Origin: Poseidonia sp.
Lineage (GTDB): Archaea; Thermoplasmatota; Poseidoniia; Poseidoniales; Poseidoniaceae
DNA: 64,000 nucleotides
Reading direction: 5' to 3'
NCBI GenBank assembly: GCA_030829545.1
Contig: JAURAI010000009.1
Location: 1,041-65,040, forward strand
Both the position numbers and the translations under genes were made by a program. Below the pieces are notes generated by a model. That model saw only the letters and a list, made by a program, of their open reading frames with translations. It had not been told where the DNA came from and did no database searches. Shown one piece after another: positions 44,193 through 53,525 of this stretch; within the stretch, counting starts at the first letter, position 1, and each line of letters opens with the position of its first letter.

Positions 44193-47100
44193 TCAGTCCA
44201 ATTCCTCAAGCGTTGCTTGAACTTCTTCAGTTCCATCCATGATGTTCTCTTCAAGCGACGGAACGTCCTTTCCATCAGTCTTTGCATCGCTTGCGGGGGC
44301 TCTGAAGGCGTCCCATGAGGTCAACAAATCAATGTCCTCAATGGCCCGCTTTCGACGAGCGAGAACGAAGGCAAGCAAGGCAACAAATGCTACCAAACCA
44401 GCAATTGATGCGCCAAGAATCAACGCACGTTGGTCGGTTTCTTTCGCCTCTACGACCAGACTGCGGGTTACTACATCGACGTTGGCTGTTTCCCCTTGTC
44501 CATCTTTGGCGATGATTTTCAAACTCGGCCGACCGGTGCTTTCGGGTCGCCATTCAAGAACGCCTTCCCAAATACCATCACCGTCTTCGTCAGTGAGATT
44601 GACCTCCCACTGCTGGATGTTGAGTGTCAAGTTTGCACGAACATCTTGCGTGGTGCCGTCAGCGTCATCGAGCCGAATGCTGATGGTTAAACGATGCAAT
44701 TCATCTTGGGTAAAGGTCGTCCCACTCAAACTGAGAGAATCACGGTCCAGCGATGGTAAACTGGATTGAATCGTGATGTTGATGTGTTCTTCCGCCCATT
44801 TTCCTCGTGCGTCTTCAACATAAAGAGAAAGATGGTATTCGCCAGGTGCAAAACCTGATAATTCCTCGATGGAACTCGTCGAGAGTACTTCGGGGAAGCT
44901 CGTTTGCGGTGACCACATTCGCCATTCACGAACGGTGAGGTCATTGTCAGCATCGAAGGAAGCTTCCTCCAATCGCAGCACGCCACCCGGTTCGATCGAG
45001 GCCCTGTTCTCAGGGGAAATCAACACGAGAGTGGGCTCGGATTCAACCACGGTCAGGACGAAGGTTTCATCACGAGAATCCCCATTCTCATCCGTTAAGG
45101 TCACTGTGAGCGTGTGTTGGCCCGCTTTGAGGTTGAAGGCGTGAGAATTGAACGGGTCAACATCGACGAGAAGAGGCTCGGTGTGAAGTGAAGAGCGGAG
45201 GGTGACTGTGAAGGCATCATCGTCGTAGTCCACGCTTTGCGAGGCATCGAACATCAAGGTCTGGGAGGAGAGTGATTGACTGCCGTTGAGGGGACTGACC
45301 AAACCCAGGACTGGGGCAGACGCGATGATGGTCACCGCCCGTTGTGCGAGGACGGGCTCGTGAATGCCGTCGTCTACGCTGAGGGTGATGGTGTGGGTAC
45401 CTGCACTCAAGCGCTCCTCAAAGAGCAACCAGTCTTGGCCTTCAGGTGTCAATCGGCCGTCCAAATCACTGGTCCATGTCACGACGAGATATTCTGTTCC
45501 TCCCGACGGTTCAAAGGGTGCACACACCCAATCACCATCGGTCGGGAAGGAGCTGCAAGCGGCATCAAAGTCGCCCGAGCCATTGGCAGAGAAGGAGATC
45601 AACTCTGCGCTCTCAAAGGTTTGAGACAGCGGGGTGTCAATGACCGCATGGGGGACAGAATTGTCCACCGTGATGAGTACGGAAGTGGACTTTGATTGGT
45701 TCGCATGTTCGGCACGGTCGTCGGTTACTTCCATCGTGATGGTGTGAACACCTCGAGAGAGGTAACCCTCCCACGATAAGGGGCCGAGACTCAACACACC
45801 GTCGAGCGACGAGGTATACGTGACGGTCAGCCCGTCGCCTTCTGGGTCAGTCACTCCGCTCCCGTTCAGCAATACACTGGAAGCGCTGTCGTTGCTGGCA
45901 CGCTCAACGGTAAAAACAGGGTCGGGAATTTCGTTGTAGAGCATCACGGGTACGGTGTACGATGCGTTGTTACCAACGTCGTCCCAAGCTAATACGGTCA
46001 TGGTGAAGGAAGCGGGAGGATCATCGTCCACATGGTCGAAGGTGTAGGTGAGTTCCTCGGGACATCCCCACACGTTACCCCAGCCCGAACCTTGGCGGTT
46101 GTAGCCTCTAAAGGTGATGAGACAGGCAAAATCATCACCTTCAGGATCGTAGGTGCCCGTGGTGTTGACGGTAACCGTGCCCGTTTGCGGCATGATGAGT
46201 TCGCTCCACGGGTTGAGAGCAGGTTCGAAATCAACAACCAGCACGGGTGCAAAATTGACCAGTTCAATGGTACGAGTTTCTGAAACACAATGGCTCGGAT
46301 CACAAATTTCCAGTGTGATTTGATGGATGCCGTCGCTGAGCACGATGCCCGAGCCAAGGTCGTTGACGACAAAGAGGTCGGTTTGGGTGGCAAAGACACC
46401 GTCAATGGAGGACGACCATTCGAAAGTCAACACGTCGTTATCGAGGTCCCAAGAATCCGAGGCGTTGAATTCGACCTCTGACTGTGAGGGGAAAATACTC
46501 CCGTCTTCGGGCGTGGTCCAGTGAATGAACGGCGCTTGGTTGTCCAACGGCAGGAGGCAATACACTACGCGGTCCTGGTCAAGCACGGTCGAGGTCGAGT
46601 TGGATTGGCTGTCATAGCCGCAAGAACTGGTGACGGTATTGTAGGATGTGGGACCGCTTGAAGTCCAACGTTGCCCGATAAAGTCCGGAAGAAGAACGTA
46701 GCCGAGGTCGTTGGTATACAATTGAAGTGCAGGCTCAAAATCGGTGAATGACACGTTAATACTGGCCATCGGAATTCCATTGGAGAAATTATTCACGGCC
46801 CAAACCGTCAAGTCCCAGGCCACATCAATGGTGGCTCCTGATGCCAGGGATGCTCCGGCAACATCGATGGCTTGAGGCTGGTGAAGATGGAGGTTCGAGG
46901 TAGCATCGAGGGTAAGGAGGTGAGGCGAGGCGGTTTGACCGTCTGCGTCCTGAAGATTTGACCAGTTGACCTGGCTGTTTTCAAACTCAAGGTTGCCCGT
47001 ACAACTTGAGGCGATGGTATTGCCGGTACCGTTCAAATCAGGATGGTCGACCAGATGGAGACAGTGTGTTCCTGAGAAGGTGCTGTGCGAAAGGGTTGAG

Positions 47101-48941
47101 GGGAAATTACCGTTGTTCTCGCCCTGCCAAATGAATCCTGTATTGTTTCCGAAGGTGGCCAGACCGGTGATGCTTGCTGCGGTTCGCTTCAACTCAACAG
47201 CGGGTTGTGTTGGGCTTTCGCTTGTAATGCTTGCTTGAGCGATGGTCACGCGCCCCAATGCACCCGCTGGCATGGTATCGGTGTTGTCAATTTCGAGTGC
47301 TGGCACATCACCGCTGTTCTGCTCCAAGGTGATGTTCTCCAACCAAAGGTCCACAGAGTTGACTGCAAGAATGCCAGCGCCTGTTGAGCCTGTTACGAGG
47401 CAGTTGCGACAGCGGACATCGGCCGAACCAGATTCAATGTCGTTTGAATCTTCATAATACAACCCAGCCTGATTTTGAGCGAGAGGGTTGCTGGAGGCGA
47501 CCCCGCCATTGTTGTGGGCACTGAGGTTCTCAAACGTCACATACCGTGCATCCCAAACCTGAGCGCCGGATTGCTGATTGTTGGAGAGGTTCATTCCGTT
47601 GACGACCACGGTTGCCCTGTCAATGTAGAGACCGTGTTCCGTGTTGTTGTGAAGGCTCCAGTCTGAGCCTTGCATGGCACCGCCGGAAGTGGAAGAAATA
47701 CCAGGGCCTACCGAGCCGCTGATTTCGACTCCCTCAAGGCGCGGAGCAAAGAAGGATGAGCGTATCGCCAATCCAGCTTCATGAGGCCCCTGACCTGGAT
47801 CGCCTGAATTGCGTATGGTCAAATTTCGGAACGTCGTCGTGTCATCTACAAAATACAAGCGAACACCAACGGTGGTTGAGTCTTCAATCAACGTATCATC
47901 AAACCACGCACCTGTGGCGTTGACTTCAAGCGCTGCATAGCCAATATTCGCAGTTTTAGCACCCGAAGCCCCCGTACCGGTAATGGTCAAATTTGTGAAG
48001 TCAGCTGTTTCATAATTGGTGTAATTCGTATGGTTGTTCTTGTCCACATATACGCCTCTGTACATCGAATTGCTGATCGAGGCATGACGAATGACTGCGT
48101 GGGTATATCCTCCATCGTCGATGTGACGAACCACTATTCCTGTGTCGGATTTATCAATACTGATGTTGGTCAGAAGAGGTTGACTGTCTTCAACCCAAAT
48201 CCCTGCGACCATGGCATACGTGGACCCCGAACAATTGTCCACCGTAATTCCTTGAATCAAACCACCTGAGCCTCCCCAAATATTGACGGCACGCGTAAGA
48301 ATATCGGAAAAGACTGCACGGGTCACAATGGGGGTGGAACCCGCACCAATCGAGAGGCCAATACCGTAACGCCAATCACCTTGGAAAGGCAAATCGCGCC
48401 CTGCCTGATTGACATACAAGTCGGTAATACGCGGTGCTGCATTGTTGAACATATCAACGGCAACACGGTCAGGATTCACAACGGTCAGGTTCTCAACAAC
48501 TGGGTTTGAGCCGTAAATGGTTATCCCGTAAAGTGAGTCGGTGATGGTGAGGTTCTGCAGAACGGAACCACGCCCGTTTGAAGATGAGTTGAATTGGATA
48601 CCTTCGTGGTCCTGCAGACCGCTCGCTTCAAGCGTGACGGGGCAGGTTTGGGTACCCAAAACTGTCAGCCGTCCTTCAACGATGATGCGGGCTGCTCCTG
48701 ACATTTGGACTACGGTACAGGACTGAATGATCAATTCATCCGAGATCGCCACCGTATAGGTAGAAGAGAGCGATTGTGTTCCCGACCACGTCGTTTGTGC
48801 GCGACCGGATGCTTCCAGGATGGTATCTGTGGATTCTTCAAAGCTTTCTACATGGACGGGAATAAATGCCTGAAGCATTGGAAGAATGAAAAATGAAACG
48901 GCGAGAATAGCAGCCCATCGGGAGGATTGGTACCGGTTCAT
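44193..48941 (-). CDS. Giant (1582 aa) type-I surface protein: right-handed parallel beta-helix (PbH1/NosD-like) region plus about 7-8 Ig-like repeats, TM and 54-aa tail
   Basis: Signal peptide. Iterated N-(L/I)-T-(I/V)-x-(N/D)-(S/N) beta-helix rungs across aa ~90-700. Repeats with a (T/E)W(T/S)S(S/D)(L/I)DG signature. TM LILGASIAGLVAFVALLAFVLARRKR. Confidence 0.85.
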   Translation of the reverse strand: MNRYQSSRWAAILAVSFFILPMLQAFIPVHVESFEESTDTILEASGRAQTTWSGTQSLSSTYTVAISDELIIQSCTVVQMSGAARIIVEGRLTVLGTQTCPVTLEASGLQDHEGIQFNSSSNGRGSVLQNLTITDSLYGITIYGSNPVVENLTVVNPDRVAVDMFNNAAPRITDLYVNQAGRDLPFQGDWRYGIGLSIGAGSTPIVTRAVFSDILTRAVNIWGGSGGLIQGITVDNCSGSTYAMVAGIWVEDSQPLLTNISIDKSDTGIVVRHIDDGGYTHAVIRHASISNSMYRGVYVDKNNHTNYTNYETADFTNLTITGTGASGAKTANIGYAALEVNATGAWFDDTLIEDSTTVGVRLYFVDDTTTFRNLTIRNSGDPGQGPHEAGLAIRSSFFAPRLEGVEISGSVGPGISSTSGGAMQGSDWSLHNNTEHGLYIDRATVVVNGMNLSNNQQSGAQVWDARYVTFENLSAHNNGGVASSNPLAQNQAGLYYEDSNDIESGSADVRCRNCLVTGSTGAGILAVNSVDLWLENITLEQNSGDVPALEIDNTDTMPAGALGRVTIAQASITSESPTQPAVELKRTAASITGLATFGNNTGFIWQGENNGNFPSTLSHSTFSGTHCLHLVDHPDLNGTGNTIASSCTGNLEFENSQVNWSNLQDADGQTASPHLLTLDATSNLHLHQPQAIDVAGASLASGATIDVAWDLTVWAVNNFSNGIPMASINVSFTDFEPALQLYTNDLGYVLLPDFIGQRWTSSGPTSYNTVTSSCGYDSQSNSTSTVLDQDRVVYCLLPLDNQAPFIHWTTPEDGSIFPSQSEVEFNASDSWDLDNDVLTFEWSSSIDGVFATQTDLFVVNDLGSGIVLSDGIHQITLEICDPSHCVSETRTIELVNFAPVLVVDFEPALNPWSELIMPQTGTVTVNTTGTYDPEGDDFACLITFRGYNRQGSGWGNVWGCPEELTYTFDHVDDDPPASFTMTVLAWDDVGNNASYTVPVMLYNEIPDPVFTVERASNDSASSVLLNGSGVTDPEGDGLTVTYTSSLDGVLSLGPLSWEGYLSRGVHTITMEVTDDRAEHANQSKSTSVLITVDNSVPHAVIDTPLSQTFESAELISFSANGSGDFDAACSSFPTDGDWVCAPFEPSGGTEYLVVTWTSDLDGRLTPEGQDWLLFEERLSAGTHTITLSVDDGIHEPVLAQRAVTIIASAPVLGLVSPLNGSQSLSSQTLMFDASQSVDYDDDAFTVTLRSSLHTEPLLVDVDPFNSHAFNLKAGQHTLTVTLTDENGDSRDETFVLTVVESEPTLVLISPENRASIEPGGVLRLEEASFDADNDLTVREWRMWSPQTSFPEVLSTSSIEELSGFAPGEYHLSLYVEDARGKWAEEHINITIQSSLPSLDRDSLSLSGTTFTQDELHRLTISIRLDDADGTTQDVRANLTLNIQQWEVNLTDEDGDGIWEGVLEWRPESTGRPSLKIIAKDGQGETANVDVVTRSLVVEAKETDQRALILGASIAGLVAFVALLAFVLARRKRAIEDIDLLTSWDAFRAPASDAKTDGKDVPSLEENIMDGTEEVQATLEELD

Positions 48942-49013
48942 GCTCTGCTACCCGTCCTTGTCACACTTCAAGCATTCCCTCCCGTGTGATGCCGTCCCTC
49001 GCATGGAGGAAGC

Positions 49014-49021
49014 CATAAAAC
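49014..49021 (+). promoter_or_regulatory. TATA-like box (CATAAAAC) for the RAM-domain gene pair
   Basis: Centred 26 nt upstream of the ATG at 49043. Confidence 0.35.
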
Positions 49022-49042
49022 CCGAGTAGGCATAGGGAAATC

Positions 49043-49279
49043 ATGCCTGAAGCATTCGTTTTGTTCAAGACTGAACCCACCCATGAGCGAGAAGTTTACT
49101 TGACGCTCAGTGGACACCCAGATGTGGGTGAAGTACACGCCCTCTACGGCGAATTTGACCTTCTTGTACGCATATCTTCACAGGATTCAAAAGGCCTTTC
49201 GGGATTGTTAATGAATACCTTTCGTCAAATTCCCGGTGTCAAAGAAACCCAGACCTTGATCGCAGTGGGGGGTGAATGA
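49043..49279 (+). CDS. Stand-alone RAM (Lrp/AsnC ligand-binding) domain protein
   Basis: 78 aa with a beta-alpha-beta-beta-alpha-beta pattern. V.EVHALYGEFDLLVRI...IPGVKETQTLI is typical of the AsnC C-terminal domain, with no HTH. Confidence 0.7.
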   Translation: MPEAFVLFKTEPTHEREVYLTLSGHPDVGEVHALYGEFDLLVRISSQDSKGLSGLLMNTFRQIPGVKETQTLIAVGGE

Positions 49280-49280
49280 A

Positions 49281-49514
49281 ATGGCCATTGGTTTTGTTTT
49301 AATGACCACACAACCAGGTCAAGAAGAAAGCGTCCGAGAGGCACTCAAATCCATTGAACTGGTCACGGGACATTGGATGCTCTTCGGAGAATACGACCTC
49401 ATCGCTCGCGTTCAGGCGGATGAAGAATACGCACTCACCCGATGCATCGTTGAAGAAATCCGCCAGTTGCCCGGCATTCGAGAGACAAAAACACTCATCG
49501 GTGCCGAACTCTGA
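49281..49514 (+). CDS. Stand-alone RAM (Lrp/AsnC ligand-binding) domain protein, paralog of the preceding gene
   Basis: V.GHWMLFGEYDLIARV...LPGIRETKTLI. The ATG lies 2 nt after the upstream stop and is preceded by GGGGGGTGA; an alternative GTG lies at 49272. Confidence 0.7.
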   Translation: MAIGFVLMTTQPGQEESVREALKSIELVTGHWMLFGEYDLIARVQADEEYALTRCIVEEIRQLPGIRETKTLIGAEL

Positions 49515-51698
49515 TCAAAGCAAACGGTGCAATCGCTGAGCGACAGCGCGAGCCGCTTTGTGGCATCCAGCCTGTCGGAATCTGTGAGCTGATTCTCGCA
49601 TGGCCATCCTTGCCTCTTCAGCATAGAGTTGGCCACGAAGGTACCACCAGCGAGCAGCATACCGATGTGCTGTTGCACCTGAAACCATCAGGGAGTCAGG
49701 ATGAGGCAATCCGTCAAAGCACGTGCGGGCTTCAAGCGTATCTCGAGGGAAGAGGCGCTCTGTTAATGCCAGGCCGATGATTGCCCGATGAAAAGGAGAA
49801 GTTTGTGCTTCCATCGCTCGTTGAGCCCGTTCATGAAGGTCCTCGATGGTGGCGTCTGGATTGAAGGCAAGATAGGTCTTGAAATTGAGTTGAAGAAGAA
49901 GAGGGTCTTGAATACTGCTCAAGGATTCAAGCACCTCAATCAATTCATTTGCTTGTTGGTGGTTTCCCGTCAATAAGGCCAAACCGTGCTGAATCATCGT
50001 GATGCTTACGGTCATGGGTGAACGAAACCGAGGGTCTTCGGGAAGTTCAATTCGAGCCAAAAGCGACTCGATGTCATCGGATTGGTCGGAGGATGGCTGG
50101 TCGAATACTCTGTCATCAAGGTGTTGAACTGCTGCAGAAAGGAGCAAGCGGGACGAACCGATTTCGGAGCCATCATTCAATTGCGCTTCAAGAAGGCGTT
50201 GAGCCTCTGCCTCATTCCCCTCGAGCAGGGCTAACTGGTACAATAAATCATGACGCAATGGCAAGGATGTGACCGCTTCAGCATGGCTTTTGACACGCTC
50301 TTTCTCGTTGCGGTGAAGTGCTATTTTTCCAGCCCAATAATGCAGTTCCTCATCGCCTGGTTTTTGCTCAATCGCCCGATTGAAAATTACCGCCATCGCA
50401 CCGTCTTGTGTCGGAACAAGGCGTTCAAATTGAGTGTCCATTGAAGCCACCATGTTGTCGCGGTCAAGGGCCAATTGATGATAGAGGCTCAGCACAGCAT
50501 ACTTAGGGATGTCCTCATAGGAATTCCAATGTTCAATGGATGCTTCATGGAGAAGGTTGAGTTCATCATCACTCAACATGGCTCGTCGAACATTTCGTAC
50601 GAGATGTTGAACTTCGACCTTTTCCTGCTGTGACGCCCATCGCAGGAGAGCGTGGTCATCCAAGGCTCCAATCATCGCTGATCGGGGCAAGTCATCAACC
50701 GGCAAGGGGCTTGGATTCAAAATCAAATGGTCAAGCGTTGAAACTTCTTCGGAATCAAGAGGATTGAGCATGGTTTCCTGTACAAAGGTCTGGATATCGC
50801 TGCCCGCTTCGGGCAAGGGGTCACCTTCACTGTACAGTTTAAGCGCCATTGGGTGTCCTCCGAGGGCTTGAGAAATGGACAAACGTTCCTTGTCTCCCAA
50901 GTGTTCGCCAAGCATGTGCATGGCTTCTTCTGGCTCGAGACTTGTTAGTTGGGTTTTCTTCCAATCAAGTTCCAACGTGAGCGGATATCTGCCGATAACA
51001 ACCACTGTTCGCTTGTGTTCTTTGAGATAGGATAGCAAGGAGAGGACATCATCACTATGTCGTGAGGAAAGTGTATGGAGGTCGTCAAGGACAAAACAAG
51101 CATCGCCGTAATTCGCCCGTTCACGTTGTGCTTCTCGGTCACTCAAACGATCCTTGTCCTCGGGAAACCAAGCAGCAAGAATGCTTTTCACATCACTCAA
51201 TTCATTGACATCTGCCCAGTGAAGGGGGCGGGATGCAAAGGGCGGACGCTCCATAAGAGCACGAACGAGCGTCGTTTTTCCAATCCCGGAAAGACCGCCG
51301 ACAATCATGGTGTGTTCGTCCAGCAATGCGCGTTCGAGATTCATCAGTTCATCTTCGCGCCCGATGATCTTGGTTGAAGCGATGACTGCCTCGCCTCCAA
51401 GAACTTCCTCAGCCGGGTGCTCTGACAACCATGCCCTGCCTTGTTGGGTGATGTGGTAGACCTGACGACGGCGAGTCCCGCCACCAATGACGTGGGCTAC
51501 GCGCACCAAAATGAAACCCTTTGACTCAAGAAAATTCAGCGGTTGATTGAGACCAGAACGCACCACGCCCATGGCTTCTGAGAGCCCGGGTAAAGAGAGC
51601 TCTCGCGGAACATCCCACGCCTTCTCGAGAGATTCTGGAAAGCGCCCGAGGTAACGCAATAATTTTTCTTGGGGACGGCTGAACATGCACTGACTCAA
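49515..51698 (-). CDS. STAND-class NTPase regulator: N-terminal winged HTH, NB-ARC/AP-ATPase-like domain, C-terminal TPR-like helical repeats
   Basis: hhGRExE motif (IIGREDEL), Walker A GGLSGIGKTT (nt ~51270-51299), Walker B CFVLDDLH, GxP motif GGHPMALK, then about 380 aa of helical repeats. Confidence 0.8.
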   Translation of the reverse strand: MSQCMFSRPQEKLLRYLGRFPESLEKAWDVPRELSLPGLSEAMGVVRSGLNQPLNFLESKGFILVRVAHVIGGGTRRRQVYHITQQGRAWLSEHPAEEVLGGEAVIASTKIIGREDELMNLERALLDEHTMIVGGLSGIGKTTLVRALMERPPFASRPLHWADVNELSDVKSILAAWFPEDKDRLSDREAQRERANYGDACFVLDDLHTLSSRHSDDVLSLLSYLKEHKRTVVVIGRYPLTLELDWKKTQLTSLEPEEAMHMLGEHLGDKERLSISQALGGHPMALKLYSEGDPLPEAGSDIQTFVQETMLNPLDSEEVSTLDHLILNPSPLPVDDLPRSAMIGALDDHALLRWASQQEKVEVQHLVRNVRRAMLSDDELNLLHEASIEHWNSYEDIPKYAVLSLYHQLALDRDNMVASMDTQFERLVPTQDGAMAVIFNRAIEQKPGDEELHYWAGKIALHRNEKERVKSHAEAVTSLPLRHDLLYQLALLEGNEAEAQRLLEAQLNDGSEIGSSRLLLSAAVQHLDDRVFDQPSSDQSDDIESLLARIELPEDPRFRSPMTVSITMIQHGLALLTGNHQQANELIEVLESLSSIQDPLLLQLNFKTYLAFNPDATIEDLHERAQRAMEAQTSPFHRAIIGLALTERLFPRDTLEARTCFDGLPHPDSLMVSGATAHRYAARWWYLRGQLYAEEARMAMRESAHRFRQAGCHKAARAVAQRLHRLL

Positions 51699-51797
51699 TG
51701 GATTGGTTGTGAACCTCCTTCATGAAACATCCCTGCCCGCGTTTGCACACTCCCATGAGGGGTTGGCCTTTTGAGCGACCTCGGATGTGGTGAATAT

Positions 51798-53522
51798 ATG
51801 CCCGTGGACTTGGCGTCAGCCGACCTCCCCAAAGAAGCGGGCGTCTACCTGTTCAAAACCAACGAAGGTCGCGTTCTCTATGTTGGAAAAGCCACGCGCC
51901 TCAACGAACGTATTCGCTCCTATTTTGCTTCAAATCCAGACCGTGTCATGATACCAGAATTGGTGCGCAGAGCCGATACAATCGAGTGCATTGTGACTCA
52001 AACTCCTCAGGCTGCCTTGGTGCTGGAACGCCAATTGATCCGAGAACACATGCCGCGCTTCAATTCCATGCTGAAGGATGGCAAATCCTTCCCCTATCTC
52101 GTACTCACCAACGATGAATACCCCCTAATCATGTACACCCGTCACCCCCCAGCATCAAGCGAACAATGGGGGCCCTTCCCCAATGCGGGCGCTGCAAAGC
52201 AGGTCATGCAATTGCTCCGACGGCAGTTTGGGATTCGCGACTGCAAAGAATTGCTCCCACAAGGTTGTCTGTCCATGCACATCGGTTTGTGTGCTGGGCC
52301 GTGCATTGATGGAACAGGCTACGGCGACCGAGTCAAAACCGTCCGACGCATCCTCAATGGAGATGCAGCCCCTCTGTTGGCTGAATTAGTAAGTCAGATG
52401 GAAGCAGATTCAAAAGCCGAAGCTTTCGAACAAGCAGCACATCATCGTGACATGATACGAGCGGTCAGAGCCACCACCAGTCAACACGTTGTGTCGAGCA
52501 AAGTCTACCGCGATTGTGACGCCCTTGGCATCGATGCTGAGGGAGACCTCGCTGCTATTGTCGTGCTGCATGCTGATGAGGGAATGGTTCAGGGTCAAGA
52601 GGCGTGGCCAGTCGTTTACCGGGGCGATATTGGGGAATCAATCTCAATGTTCATCGCTGAACATTACGCTCATCGTCGCCCACCCCGACTCTTGCTTTCA
52701 CCCGTTCCGCTCTTCGATGGGCTTCAGTCGTGGCTTGATGAACGGCGAGGAAGTCGAGTGGAAGTGAGAACACCGCAGCGCGGCGACCTCGAAAACCTCG
52801 CTACACTCGCTCGCCAAAACGCCACGATACAACTGCACCGATTGGCCAGCAAATCCAGTGGTTCGTTGGAACAACGTGCTGCCGATGAAGGAGCAACGGC
52901 GCTGGGCATGGAACAACTCAACCACGTCGTGTGCTTTGACATGGCGCAACTTCAGGGAGACGAACGTGTTGGTGCCAGCGTCGTCATGCGTCATGGCCGT
53001 CCGGCCAAGGACGAATATCGAAAATACGTTGTCAAAGGTGACGCTCTTGATGATTTACGAATGATGAAAGAAGTCGTTGTTCGCTGGGCGAAACGTCAGG
53101 AGGAATGGCCGGACTTGTTGTTGATTGATGGTGGAGAAACTCATCTCAATACGATTCGTACTGCGCTTGAGGAACACGGATGGAGTGGACGCTTTTCCTT
53201 AGCGGCTCTTGCCAAGCGTGAAGAGACAATCCATCGCGAGGGGCACGAACCCCTTGTCTTGGACCGTCAAGGTCGTGTTCTCGTCCACGCTCGTGATGAA
53301 GCCCACCGTTTCGTGAATACCTTTCACCGCCGCCGCCGCAGTCGGCAACGTCTTGCCGACCCACTAGAGGTCGTTGAGGGATTGGGGGCCAAAAAACTCC
53401 AAGCGCTTCTGCGTCATTTCGGTGGTCGCAAAGGCATCGAACACGCTACGGTCAATGCGTTGATGACCGTACCTGGCATCGGTCCTGCCTTGGCTGAGCG
53501 AATCTATAGCACGCTTCACTGA
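51798..53522 (+). CDS. uvrC: Excinuclease ABC subunit C
   Basis: GIY-YIG (GVYLFKT..GRVLYVGKATRLNERIRSYF), a UVR-like helix, an endonuclease domain and a C-terminal HhH (VPGIGPALAERI). The start is placed at the ATG (MPVDLAS) instead of TTG 51771. Confidence 0.9.
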   Translation: MPVDLASADLPKEAGVYLFKTNEGRVLYVGKATRLNERIRSYFASNPDRVMIPELVRRADTIECIVTQTPQAALVLERQLIREHMPRFNSMLKDGKSFPYLVLTNDEYPLIMYTRHPPASSEQWGPFPNAGAAKQVMQLLRRQFGIRDCKELLPQGCLSMHIGLCAGPCIDGTGYGDRVKTVRRILNGDAAPLLAELVSQMEADSKAEAFEQAAHHRDMIRAVRATTSQHVVSSKVYRDCDALGIDAEGDLAAIVVLHADEGMVQGQEAWPVVYRGDIGESISMFIAEHYAHRRPPRLLLSPVPLFDGLQSWLDERRGSRVEVRTPQRGDLENLATLARQNATIQLHRLASKSSGSLEQRAADEGATALGMEQLNHVVCFDMAQLQGDERVGASVVMRHGRPAKDEYRKYVVKGDALDDLRMMKEVVVRWAKRQEEWPDLLLIDGGETHLNTIRTALEEHGWSGRFSLAALAKREETIHREGHEPLVLDRQGRVLVHARDEAHRFVNTFHRRRRSRQRLADPLEVVEGLGAKKLQALLRHFGGRKGIEHATVNALMTVPGIGPALAERIYSTLH

Positions 53523-53525
53523 AGA

